NCBI GenBank assembly: GCA_964016885.1
Contig: OZ024740.1
Location: forward strand, 364,622,001 to 364,686,000
Origin: Eledone cirrhosa
Taxonomy: Eukaryota
Length of the DNA: 64,000 bases
Direction: 5' to 3'
In this document: positions 26,046 through 39,300 of the stretch, one piece after another
Position numbering within the stretch: the stretch's first letter is position 1
Layout of the letters: each line of letters opens with the position of its first letter
Notes under the pieces: model-generated
Databases searched by the model: none
Seen by the model: only the letters and a program-made list of their open reading frames with translations
What the model was told of the DNA's origin: nothing
Position numbers and translations under genes: made by a program

Positions 26046-29000
26046 CAAAGTCATTTGAAAATATTCAACATTTGGAGGGATTTATCATCATTATTATTTT
26101 AACATCTGCTTTCCCTGCTAGCAAGGGTTGGACAATACTGAAACGGGGTTACTGATCTCCCAGACAGGCCAGGGATCCGTGTCTCACTTATTTATAGTCT
26201 CACATTCTACCGAGTGCACAACAGAAGTTGTCATATCATTGACACAAACTGAGTGTCCTTCCAACCCTTTGTTTGGTAAGCTTTTTATGATTGGATGTCC
26301 TTCCTCTCACCAACCACTTTACAGCATGTACTGGATATGTTTAACATGTAGATCACCAAATATTAGGAAGGGTCCTCCTAATCACCAGCCACTTCGCAGC
26401 ATGTACTAGGTGCATTTATCATGTAGATCACCAACACTAGTGAGGTTGCCATACTGAAGCACAACTGACGGGACCTCAACACCCGCCTTTCTTCCTTTTT
26501 TATTTTAGTAAAAACTCTTTCTCATTATTGTGCTGTTGTTTAGGATATCTTAAAGGGTATTACATAAAATTATGAAGGAAGGTTTTTTTTTTTTTTTATA
26601 TAAATATAAACACTTTAACTCTTTCATGACCATGTTTCTAATGAGATACATTTTATTTCATTTAATTAATGAAGAATTTTGAGGGATTTACTAAAATTGT
26701 TTATTATTTCATTACTACGATAATAACTTAACATACCATATGGTTTGTATATAATAAAATTGTTGAAAATAACCCATTAAAATAGACGGTTTTGTTTCAT
26801 AGAAGCAGAGCCAGTTTTGGCCTGGCTGATAGCAAGTATTAAAACATGCAGTCTTTTATCATAGAATTGGTATCATAGAATTAATGTTGTAGAATAGTAG
26901 TGATTTCAGGCAGTTTGGTGTCAAAAGGGACGAAGCATTAACAGATAACAACTTAGTATTTTTGTATCATTGTGGAAGTGAGAAGACAGTTTTTGCAAAC
27001 TGCTACTGCCTATTGAGTAATTTTGTAGAATAAAACCATGATGCTTTTAGTTTGATCATGGTGGATATTAAGCACTTCACTTAGAAGGTTTAAAATTATT
27101 GATTTGTTCAGTTATTTTATGCAACTTTAATTTGATTTACTATTCTTTTTCTTTGTTCTTACTCTAGTATTATTATCTAATACTTTAGCATCTTGACATC
27201 TGCTTTCTTATATGGATAAAAAATAATCAAGATTATGTGATTTCTTCTCTCTTAGATAATCACTGTTCTCCTTTTATTCTCTTTAGCATAGAATAGAGAC
27301 TTAAGATTAGAACTGTCAGTAAGCTCTTTTATAGCATTTCAATTATCTTAACTCTTTTCTGCATTGTAAAAGCATAAATAAATGAAATTGAATGAAGTAA
27401 AATCTCCACTTCATGTACCCAATTTTCTATTTGTAAACTAAGAAGTTTTACTTTATTTTTCTTCCTCAATTTCTAACATCTTTTAAACTTTTCTTGAATA
27501 GCATAGTCATCATGAAGCAACTACTATCAAAAGATTTTCCATTGCATGTTACTACATAATGTTAATCTATCCCCAAGATATTCATATCTAATAATTTTTA
27601 CCTTTTAACCTCTTTGCGACTGTGTTTCGAATGAAATACACTGTATTTCAATTAATTAATGAAGTATTTTGAGGGATTTACTATAATTATTTCATTACTC
27701 AGAAATTAAATTTAACTAACAGTTCTTATATAAAATTAACTTGGAAGATTTAAATTTAAATAGAGACCTCTTTAAAATAGGTAGTTTGCCAAAACTGTCA
27801 CTAGATCTAATAGAGCAGAGTTGATATCAAAAGGGTCAATGAAAAACTTTGAGGGATTTACTAAAATTATTCATTATTTCATTTCTAAGATAGTAACATG
27901 GTTCTTATATAAAATTGTTTTGAAAGCGTTTTATTTAAATTGGAACCCTTTAAAATGGGTCGATTTATTACCTAGAACCAGAGCCAATTTTGGCTAGGCT
28001 GGTAACAAAAGGGTTAACTGTGAACTTCACGCCTGGAAAAGCGATCAATGGGTTCCATTATGTTGTCTTTCTCTTAATTAGACCAGAAGATTTTGTCTGA
28101 TCACTTCATTTCCCACTTGAACTTTTCTCTCACTGTTGAGAGAGAGAGAAAACAGAGAGACAGGCAAACCAACAATCTAAATCACTAAATATTTTATGTT
28201 TGAACAACCACACACACATATAATCACACATGCACAAACAATCTCATATACAGACACAATCATATGTGCACACATTCACTTACACCATGCACATATACAC
28301 TCCTGCTCACACACAAAACTGTAGTAATTCTTTCTGAATACCCCCCCTTCATGAAAATCTTCTGAACTTCAATTGCAAGAACCAAGACCATGAGTCCAAG
28401 TTCTGCTTGGCTCTTCTAGTTTAGCTCAAGGTTCTATTTTCATATTTAGAGATTTAACACTTTTGTTACCACATTTCTAATGAAATACACTACATATGAT
28501 TTAAAAATCATTTTGAAAATTCTCAAATGTTTGGAGGGATTTAGTAATATAACTAACTTTCTCATTATTAAGTTGGTGGTTGGAGTATAACTTAAGTTCT
28601 TCCATCAAATTATAACAGAAGGATTTTAGATAAAGATAAAGCTTTAAAAAATATAGTTTTGTATTGTAGAACCACTGGATGTTCCAAGCTGTTAGGTATA
28701 CAAAGTGTTAACATTTTAAATGTTTTTTTTTCTACATATCTTTGTTATTTTGAAAGTGAGGGAGGGCTAAAGAAGTTAATTTTTCTACACTGTTATGTTT
28801 TGATGTATGAAGTGGAAAAATTTGTTGGAGTTACATGGCCATATTTATTGTTTTGGTAGTAGGAACTGTGTTTTGATATATAAAACAAATCAGTATTAAT
28901 AATAATAATAATGAAAATTATTGTGTACAGTGCTCAGGTGCACTACAATTCATCAAAGGTGCATGTATAGTAGATAGGATAATGTACAAATGTCAAGATA

Positions 29001-29321
29001 TACACACATTACTGCAATTCATGCCGAGGTTAACTTTGCCTTTCATCCTTACGGGGTCGATAAAATAAAGTACCAGTAATACACTGGGTAATTGCTGGTC
29101 TTGTGCCTAACGTAGAAACAATTATTTTACTTGTATTCATTTAGGGTTCGTTTGATACAGTATTTTGGATTGTATTGTGAATTTCAGCCCCTTGAAAATT
29201 ATATTCCTGTAATAGTTGACCCCATAAAGTTAACCTAAAAAATAAAGTAGTAAAAAAGAAATTATCTTTATATGAGTGTATATGCGGTGTATAATATAGT
29301 GTATATATTTTTGTTTTGCAG

Positions 29322-29416
29322 ATTAGTCTTTTCAATTTGCTATTGGACATTTCTAAAGACAAAGCAATGAGGAATTTCATTACCTCCACCTCAAGTTATT
29401 ACATACATCTAACTTG
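29322..29416 (+). other. Candidate isolated spliced exon (95 nt)
   Basis: TTTTTGTTTTGCAG acceptor and TG|GTAAGT donor. One open frame (ISLFNLLLDISKDKAMRNFITSTSSYYIHLT), no recognisable homology. Confidence 0.3.
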
Positions 29417-29952
29417 GTAAGTACTAATTTCCTCTGTAATTTTAACAATAATGATTTTGGAGAAAAAATATGAGCACGCTGTCGGTGACAAATTGCGACA
29501 AGAGAGTAATCTCCCCTAAATACATAATGCAGTGTCAAGGGAAACAATTCATAAAATAATTCAGCGTATTGAAGGTTATTTTAAATGTCTTTAGTATCTT
29601 TATATGTGGAAATATTGTTGTGAAAATAACGACATTAGTGTAATGTCTAAACTGTCTACATAATGAAGTTTCACATGGTTTGTTAATTCAAATCTTTACT
29701 ACCGGACAGAGGATTATGAAAATTTGCTGTAAACTAAAACAAAGACTTTAATTTCTATTTGATACAGTCATAGTCCTTTTTTATACTTCTCAAGAATATT
29801 TTGTTAATGTGGTTTCTTGCGGTACAGGACATTAAGAGTTAATTACTACTGTAATTTTAACAGTCAAGCTTTAAGCAACATTTAAAAAAACCTTTGTGGG
29901 AGAGTGAGGAGAGAATCTGTAAACTCAAATATGCACACAAACACACATACTC

Positions 29953-30001
<49 letters not shown>

Positions 30002-30006
<5 letters not shown>

Positions 30007-30296
30007 CAAATATTAATAAAATAGATGTTCTTTTGATCAATTACATTTTATTATACATATTTTGGATGTACAACAGTATGTCCTCATCAGACAAAATATA
30101 ATGATACATGACATACCCTGAGATGTTAAATGGTTAAGATTTAATCAAGGTAGTAAAATCTTAACCATTTAACATCTCAGGGTATGTCATGTATCATTAT
30201 ATTTTGTCTGATGAGGACGTACTGTTGTACATCCGAAATATGTATAATAAAATGTAATTGATCAAAAGAACATCTATTTTATTAATATTTGTATTT
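30002..30296. mobile_element. Fold-back element with ~141-bp inverted arms, each carrying a hammerhead copy
   Basis: 30002-30142 is the reverse complement of 30156-30296 apart from two substitutions that I can see. It abuts (TA)n. Confidence 0.9.
30196..30258 (+). ncRNA. Type I hammerhead ribozyme, intact core (family H1)
   Basis: ATTATATTTTGT-CTGATGA-GGACGTAC TGTT GTACATCC-GAAA-TATGTA-TA-ATAAAATGTAAT, with a 12-bp stem I (2 G-U). Confidence 0.85.
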
Positions 30297-30915
30297 TTAT
30301 ATTAATAACTCTGGAAAATTATTTACCGTAGAGTGCTTCCAATCTACTGCAAAACTCATTCTTTGATATACTCATTGAATCTTGTTTAACTCTTTAATAT
30401 ATATATATATGAGGACAGAAGCGACCCAAATCGTGCAGTCGAAAAACAGCATGCAGAGTTCTTAACAAAAGAACAACTCAAGAAATGTATTTGAAAACAT
30501 AAATGAAAGCAAGCCTTGCTAAATACCAATTTTTTGTACATGTTATAAAGATCCCTTATATTTTCCTTATATAACGTGATCTGTATATCCACGCTTTTTT
30601 TCACTATATATATGTGTGTGCGTATATATATATATAGCTTCTGACAATTATTCTGTACACTCAAACACACACACATACACATATATATATATGCCAGCAT
30701 GGAAATTATATTTGTATGGTATTAAATCTCAAATCTTGATTGGTCTCCTGAAAGATAATGATAATGGGAGAGAAGAAAGAATTTAGGTGAGAATGAAAGA
30801 GAGAAGGGTTTTGTTAAATTTTCAGCTTTCTAATTAGATTTGAAGACATATGACTTAAAAGAAGTAAAAATTAATACTATCCTGTAGGCAGGTGATCTTC
30901 GATGCTGCTGTATGT

Positions 30916-31033
30916 TTAACCTTCAGCACTCTTGTCAGCGACAAATTGTGATAAGAGAGTAATTCCCTCTTAATACATAATGCAGTGCCAAGGGAAGCAA
31001 TTTATTAAAAAATTTCAGTGTCCTAAAGGTTAA
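30916..31033. mobile_element. Short TTAA-flanked MITE
   Basis: TTAACCTT...AAGGTTAA. A related copy lies at 29475-29578. Confidence 0.6.
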
Positions 31034-31502
31034 CTTTCCTTGGAAGAAGAGATATTAATCTCGAAATATCACGATATATGAATATTTAAAAAACATCCCC
31101 TGTTTCTTACGACTTGATTATTTTCCATCTAATCCGCATTGTTGTGGCTTTCAAACTTAAGAGCTAAGAAGTGTGTGTATATATGTATATGCATGTATGT
31201 ATATATATGTATGTTGTAAATAAAATCCCAAATGGCGAGGGCCCTCTGTTGGAATTTTATCATTTTTCTATATTTATTCTGTACCAAAATATGTATTGAG
31301 TTCTACTTTAGTTGTCTTCCCAGTTTTCAAACTGTCGACGAATCATTCATATATGTATTATATATATATATATGTATTATGTTTTTCCGTAGAAAAGGTA
31401 AAGGAAACAAGAGTGCTCTATGTATAGTACAGAGCTATTTAATTACATAATAACACAATATTAGTTTCCTAAAACCTTTGGTAATGGAATAATTATATTG
31501 TG

Positions 31503-31772
31503 TTGAGGAGACTGAGGTGGTATGGACATGTGATGCGCATGGAGGATGACCGATGGGTGAAGAAGTGCCAGGAAATGCCAGTTGAAGGAAGACGTGGTAG
31601 AGGTAGACCACAAAAAACATGGGCGGAGGTGGTGAGAACAGACCTCAGATCATTGAAGCTCACGGTGGAGATGACGAGGGACCGTGACGAGTGGAGAGAA
31701 GCTGTGCTGAATAAGACCCGTCCCACCCTTGCAAGCAGAGAAAAGCGGACGTAAAATGATGATGATGATGAT
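31503..31772 (+). mobile_element. RTE family B 3' fragment
   Basis: RRLRWYGHV...[12 protein letters not shown] with (GAT)n. Matches 11598-11860. Confidence 0.92.
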
Positions 31773-32044
31773 GTTGTTTATTATGTAATTAAATATATGT
31801 GTGTGTGTGTGTAGGCAGTAGCACTAAGACAGCGTTAAGCATAATATGAAAGTATATACTATACGTTTATATATAAAAAGCCTATGGAAGGCAAGTTAGG
31901 TCAGGTGACCCTGTCTTGCTCATACTAGCTAGATTTCTATGACTGGATGCCCTTCCTAATGCACTCGATTCAAATTATGAACAACAATTTATCATTTTTT
32001 TCTCTTTTACTCAAGTTTAAAAAGTGTTTTATTACTTCTGACAA

Positions 32045-32079
<35 letters not shown>

Positions 32080-32179
32080 TAATATATATATATATACACA
32101 CATATACATATATATATATACAAGCAGGGAAAAGCGGGCGTAAAATAATGATAATGATAATGATGATGATGATATATAT

Positions 32180-32647
32180 CTTAGTGTTAGCCTTAGATTC
32201 TACCGCGCCGTTCGGCGCATCGAGCAGTAGGTAGTCGCCAACGGTCACGATCAGCGGAAACTTTTTCGAGACCGTGCCAGGTGATGGCTGCCATCAGGTC
32301 CTTCCGGAACATTCGTCGCTAGGTGATCCTTGGGCAACCCCGCCTCCGTTTACCGCCAGGCGGAGTCCAGTCCATTGCTATTTTCGAATGCCGTTCATTT
32401 GGCAGGCGCAGAATATGGCCAGCCAGATGGCACCGACGCTCTGTGACCACTCTCTGTAGCATCCACGACTCGGCTCTCCGCAGGATCTCCTCGTTTCGCA
32501 CTCGGTAGCGCCAGGACACACGAAAGATCCGCTGGGGGAAAGCGTTCAGCCGTCTCTCTATTTTTGCCGTACACTTCCAGGTCTTGCTCGCATAAAGGAC
32601 TGTCGGCAGCACGATGCTCTTGTACAGGCGGAGCTTGGTCTTGGTGC
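32180..32647 (-). mobile_element. GC-rich RTE-clade LINE 3' fragment (family D)
   Basis: TKLRLYKSIVLPTVLYA..TW, VRNEEILRR, LAGHILR, GKRRRG.PR.T, with a short CTAAG-type tail. Confidence 0.85.
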
Positions 32648-33122
32648 ATATATATATATATATATGTGTGTATGTATATGAATGTGTGTGTGTATATGTG
32701 TGTCTATATATATATATCATCATCATCATCATCATCACCATCAACGTTTAGCGTCCGTGTTCCACGCTTGCATGGGTTTGGACGGGGGTAGTCCCACTTG
32801 AGGCAAGAGTGATTGTCTTGATATATGTCTTTTTTTTATTATTATACCATCGAAAGGTTATATGCACTTAAAAAAAGAGGAGATTGAATTCTTCGTTGAG
32901 ATAACATCAGTAGAAATAGGATTACATAATAGAGTTCGGTGCTTTACAAATTTTACAAATGAGGTTATCAAGAATATTCTTATAACCCATGTGTTCACGA
33001 TGTAATAGGTCCTTACACTGACATCTACACACACATACATTCAACATTCATACATGCACACATGCATACACAATCACTCACATATACACATACCTATACA
33101 CACACACTAACATAGATGCCCA

Positions 33123-33160
<38 letters not shown>

Positions 33161-33609
33161 CAAATGCACACACACATATATACGTACATACACACTCACT
33201 GACCTATACACAATACATGTATGTACATATGTGCACACACTTATACATACACACTCACATATACATATACACACACACACATAGACACCCATGCATAAAC
33301 ATACACTACTCAAATATACACATACATATAAACACGCACACATGCATACACACACACATAGACACCCATGCATATATATACACTCTCACACACATTTACA
33401 CATATATCGATACACACACACACACACACATTGACACTTGTACATACACACATATAGATACACATACACACACATATGTACATACACACACCTATATACA
33501 GAAATGCTGGTGTTATATCTCACTCTTTTTATTATATAATCCCACATGCTAAGAGTTTTCTCTTTCATTATCTAATTGGTATTGATTTACACACGTGTGT
33601 GTGTGTGCG

Positions 33610-33647
<38 letters not shown>

Positions 33648-33971
33648 CATATATACGCACACACACACATATATATATATGGACAGATAGATAGACAGAG
33701 AGAGACTTGGTTGATTTATGAAGTATTGAGGGAATTTGAAATTTTTAAAATTTAATTGCCACGTTGCAGATAACTATGAATAATGATTGAATAAAACCAT
33801 GCATCTCTTGAGGGTCAATGGTTTGATTCCCTGTGGATACTTCTATCCATATTTTCCCATCTCTAGAAGTACTTATAATGGTTGAATAAATCAGGCTGGC
33901 AACAATTATTGTAGTTATCTGCACTGCTGCAACTATATTTTCATATATATATATACATATATATATATATA

Positions 33972-34300
33972 GGGTAAAGACCCCCTTCAGTCATGAATAA
34001 CCATGGGATTTGCACCTGGAAAGTTTCTGTCCAAGGCACAAGTCCGGGCAAGGTTGTTTGTGGAAGACCAGCCTTCCCTCTTCACACCACCGATCCCTCT
34101 TCACACCACCGATGATGTCCAAGGCAATGGGCGATACAGCTTGACACCTGTGACGTTGCAACTCATTTCTACAGCTGAGTACAATGGAGCAACTTGAAAA
34201 TAAAGTGTCTTGCTCAAGGACACAACGCATCACCTGGTTCGAGAATCAAACTCACAACCTTCCGTTTGCAAGCCCAATTCTCTAACCACTAAGCCATGCT
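33972..34300 (-). mobile_element. tRNA/CORE-type SINE with a non-RTE-A/B 3' tail
   Basis: Same head and CORE-like region as family A, but the 3' part differs (...TTCATGACTGAAGGGGGTCTTTACCC). Confidence 0.8.
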
Positions 34301-34406
34301 AATCGAATATTTAATGTAAAAGAATCTTAAGCCATGTTGTTTTATTCTGATTCTATCCACCATCAATTATTACTGATTGTCATTGTACATCTTCAACACA
34401 GACTCC

Positions 34407-34465
<59 letters not shown>

Positions 34466-34590
34466 ATCCATAGATGAAAGATCAAGAAAAACAATGCTTA
34501 ATCTGTTGCAAGAATGCTTATTTAGTATAAAAAATATTTCATACATACATACACATGATCTTAATTAAAATGTATGGGTTGGACACATGC

Positions 34591-34624
<34 letters not shown>

Positions 34625-35379
34625 ATGTGTGTGAGTAGGTTTGTGTGTGTGTATGTATGTATGTATATATTTATGTATATATATATGCATGCATGTATGC
34701 AAGTGTTTTCTGGGTTTATTATTTTATAAATGTTCACCAAAAAAAGAGAGATCCAGTCTCTAACATAGAAATAAGACTCTTTCATTGGAATTTAGACAAC
34801 ATCAATTAGGTAAATACATATGTATGTTTGTGTGTCCAACTCATACCAGTACCCACAATGGATGTTAAGAGATGACAGCTGAAGTGCTGCAGTCTAAAAT
34901 TACTTCTGGTTTCTGTTCTCTGTCATACACAAAAGAGTTGCAGTGTTGTGAGCTATTCAGTCCTTGATTTTGCCAGGCCAGCACCTGAAGGCCAATATAT
35001 TTGGGGATGTCCTACCTGACAAAGTTGATTGTTCTTTGCTCTCTGTATATGATGTGTAGCAGACTTCAGAACTAATGTGCTTGAATATCTCATGTCCATA
35101 CAGGAGGACTGAAAGCCACCATATATACACACATATATTTTGTCATGTGTGTATTGTTATATATATATATATATATATTGGTGTGTGCATGTGTATGTAT
35201 GTGTGTGTAAATTGAAAAAAAAAATCAGGTGTGTTCAGGCCTGGGGAAGTATAGGTTCTGCCTTGTTTAAAATGCCCAAGAAAAGCTATGTCATTATGTC
35301 ATTACAACCCCACTAGGAGTTATGAGTCTACACACACACACACACACACGTGCACATATATATATATATATATATACAC

Positions 35380-35410
<31 letters not shown>

Positions 35411-36127
35411 CAGTCTCAGAAAATCATATGTATATATATATGTGTTTTTTTTTAATTTCTTTGTAATTTTAGCTTAATTGGAAAAGTGATAAAGAAAAGT
35501 GTAAGTGTATGTGTGTATGTGAGGACATGTGTGTGTATGTGAGGAGATGTGTGTGTGTGTGAGGACGTGTGTGTGTGGTCGTGCATGTGTGCATTTTACA
35601 TAACACTAGAAATATTCCAACAATCACTAATGAAGTGTCTTTTTAACTTCTCAACATCATAAACATTTCACATTGAAGCTTTGTTAGCAGCACACACATA
35701 CATACACCACATACACACATACATACACACAGTACATACATACACACATACATACACACATACATGCACACAGCACATACCATCCATCATAACATACAAC
35801 ACAAACACGTCAAGAAAGATCACACATATCACGCAACACACACACACACACATAACCATGTGCTGCAAACAGCATACATCATATATCACATACTTCACCA
35901 TACACACACGCACAAAACACAGCACATACCACACATCATCACGTACAACACACACATGTCAACAAAGATTACACACATCATGCAACACACACACACATAC
36001 ACACATACCTCACACATAGCACAGACACATCACCACACATCATCACATACAACACCACACACACATCAACAAAGATTACACACATCACCACAGTACATTA
36101 ACATACTCATAAAACTCCTTGTCTCTT

Positions 36128-36320
36128 ATCATCATCATCATCGCCATCATCACTTTTTTATGTCTGTTTTCTATGTTTGCATGGGTTGGACAGGTCGGTA
36201 TGTTCTGAGACAGGTTACACGACCATATCTTGCTCATATATTCCATTCTGGCATGGTTTCTATAGCTGGATGCCCTTCCTATCGTCAACCACTTTACAGA
36301 ACATACTGGGTGAATTTTAT
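36128..36320 (-). mobile_element. SINE/RTE 3' module that runs directly into the 48-bp array
   Basis: (CAT)n, TTGCATGGGTTGGAC, GCTGGATGCCCTTCCT, CAACCACTTTACAG. Confidence 0.8.
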
Positions 36321-39300
36321 CATGACATCAGTATTACCATTCTACATAGTGGGCTGTGTACATCTTATCATGGTATCAGTATTACCATTCTACATAGTGG
36401 GCTGTGTACATCTTATCATGGCATCAGTATTACCATTCTACATAGTGGGCTGTGTGCATCTTATCATGACATCAGTATTACCATTCTACATAGTGGGCTG
36501 TGTACATCTTATCATGGTATCAGTATTACCATTCTACATAGTGGGCTGTGTACATCTTATCATGGTATCAGTATTACCATTCTACATAGTGGGCTGTGTG
36601 CATCTTATCATGGTATCAGTATTACCATTCTACATAGTGGGCTGTGTACATCTTATCATGGCATCAGTATTACCATTCTACATAGTGGGCTGTGTACATC
36701 TTATCATGGTATCAGTATTACCATTCTACATAGTGGGCTGTGTGCATCTTATCATGACATCAGTATTACCATTCTACATAGTGGGATTTGTACATCTTAT
36801 CATGACATCAGTATTACCATTCTACATAGTGGGCTGTGTACATCTTATCATGGTATCAGTATTACCATTCTACATAGTGGGCTGTGTACATCTTATCATG
36901 GCATCAGTATTACCATTCTACATAGTGGGCTGTGTGCATCTTATCATGGTATCAGTATTACCATTCTACATAGTGGGCTGTCTACATCTTATCATGGTAT
37001 CAGTATTACCATTCTACATAGTGGGCTGTGTACATCTTATCATGGCATCAGTATTACCATTCTACATAGTGGGCTGTGTACATCTTATCATGGTATCAGT
37101 ATTACCATTCTACATAGTGGGCTGTCTACATCTTATCATGGTATCAGTATTACCATTCTACATAGTGGGCTGTGTACATCTTATTATGGTATCAGTATTA
37201 CCATTCTACATAGTGGGCTGTGTACATCTTATTATGGTATCAGTATTACCATTCTACATAGTGGGCTGTGTGCATCTTATCATGACATCAGTATTACCAT
37301 TCTACATAGTGGGCTGTGTGCATCTTATCATGACATCAGTATTACCATTCTACATAGTGGGCTGTGTGCATCTTATCATGACATCAGTATTACCATTCTA
37401 CATAGTGGGCTGTCTACATCTTATCATGGTATCAGTATTACCATTCTACATAGTGGGCTGTCTACATCTTATTATGGTATCAGTATTACCATTCTACATA
37501 GTGGGCTGTGTACATCTTATCATGACATCAGTATTACCATTCTACATAGTGGGATGTGTACATCTTATCATGGTATCAGTATTACCATTCTACATAGTGG
37601 GCTGTCTACATCTAATCATGGTATCAGTATTACCATTCTACATAGTGGGCTGTGTACATCTTATCATGACATCAGTATTACCATTCTACATAGTGGGCTG
37701 TCTACATCTTATCATGGTATCAGTATTACCATTCTACATAGTGGGCTGTCTACATCTTATTATGGTATCAGTATTACCATTCTACATAGTGGGCTGTGTA
37801 CATCTTATCATGACATCAGTATTACCATTCTACATAGTGGGATGTGTACATCTTATCATGGTATCAGTATTACCATTCTACATAGTGGGCTGTCTACATC
37901 TAATCATGGTATCAGTATTACCATTCTACATAGTGGGCTGTGTACATCTTATCATGACATCAGTATTACCATTCTACATAGTGGGCTGTCTACATCTTAT
38001 CATGACATCAGTATTACCATTCTACATAGTGGGCTGTCTACATCTTATCATGGTATCAGTATTACCATTCTACATAGTGGGCTGTGTACATCTTATCATG
38101 GTATCAGTATTACCATTCTACATAGTGGGCTGTGTACATCTTATCATGGTATCAGTATTACCATTCTACATAGTGGGCTGTGTACATCTAATCATGGCAT
38201 CAGTATTACCATTCTACATAGTGGGCTGTGTGCATCTAATCATGACATCAGTATTACCATTCTACATAGTGGGCTGTGTACATCTTATCACGGTATCAGT
38301 ATTACCATTCTACATAGTGGGCTGTGTACATCTTATCATGGTATCAGTATTACCATTCTACATAGTGGGCTGTGTGCATCTAATCATGACATCAGTATTA
38401 CCATTCTACATAGTGGGCTGTGTGCATCTAATCATGGCATCAGTATTACCATTCTACATAGTGGGCTGTGTACATCTTATCATGGTATCAGTATTACCAT
38501 TCTACATAGTGGGCTGTCTACATCTTATCATGACATCAGTATTACCATTCTACATAGTGGGCTGTCTACATCTTATCATGGTATCAGTATTACCATTCTA
38601 CATAGTGGGCTGTCTACATCTTATCATGGTATCAGTATTACCATTCTACATAGTGGGCTGTCTACATCTTATCATGACATCAGTATTACCATTCTACATA
38701 GTGGGCTGTCTACATCTTATCATGGTATCAGTATTACCATTCTACATAGTGGGCTGTCTACATCTTATCATGGTATCAGTATTACCATTCTACATAGTGG
38801 GCTGTCTACATCTTATCATGGTATCAGTATTACCATTCTACATAGTGGGCTGTCTACATCTTATCATGACATCAGTATTACCATTCTACATAGTGGGCTG
38901 TCTACATCTTATCATGGTATCAGTATTACCATTCTACATAGTGGGCTGTCTACATCTTATCATGGTATCAGTATTACCATTCTACATAGTGGGCTGTCTA
39001 CATCTTATCATGGTATCAGTATTACCATTCTACATAGTGGGCTGTCTACATCTTATCATGGTATCAGTATTACCATTCTACATAGTGGGCTGTCTACATC
39101 TTATTATGGTATCAGTATTACCATTCTACATAGTGGGCTGTCTACATCTTATCATGACATCAGTATTACCATTCTACATAGTGGGCTGTGTGCATCTTAT
39201 CATGACATCAGTATTACCATTCTACATAGTGGGCTGTCTACATCTTATCATGGTATCAGTATTACCATTCTACATAGTGGGCTGTCTACATCTTATTATG

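Noticed and set aside
31040-31080. Hammerhead at GAGAT ATTA ATCTC-GAAA-TATCACGATA-TA
   Set aside because: Stems II and III look right but CUGANGA and stem I are missing, so it is at best a remnant.
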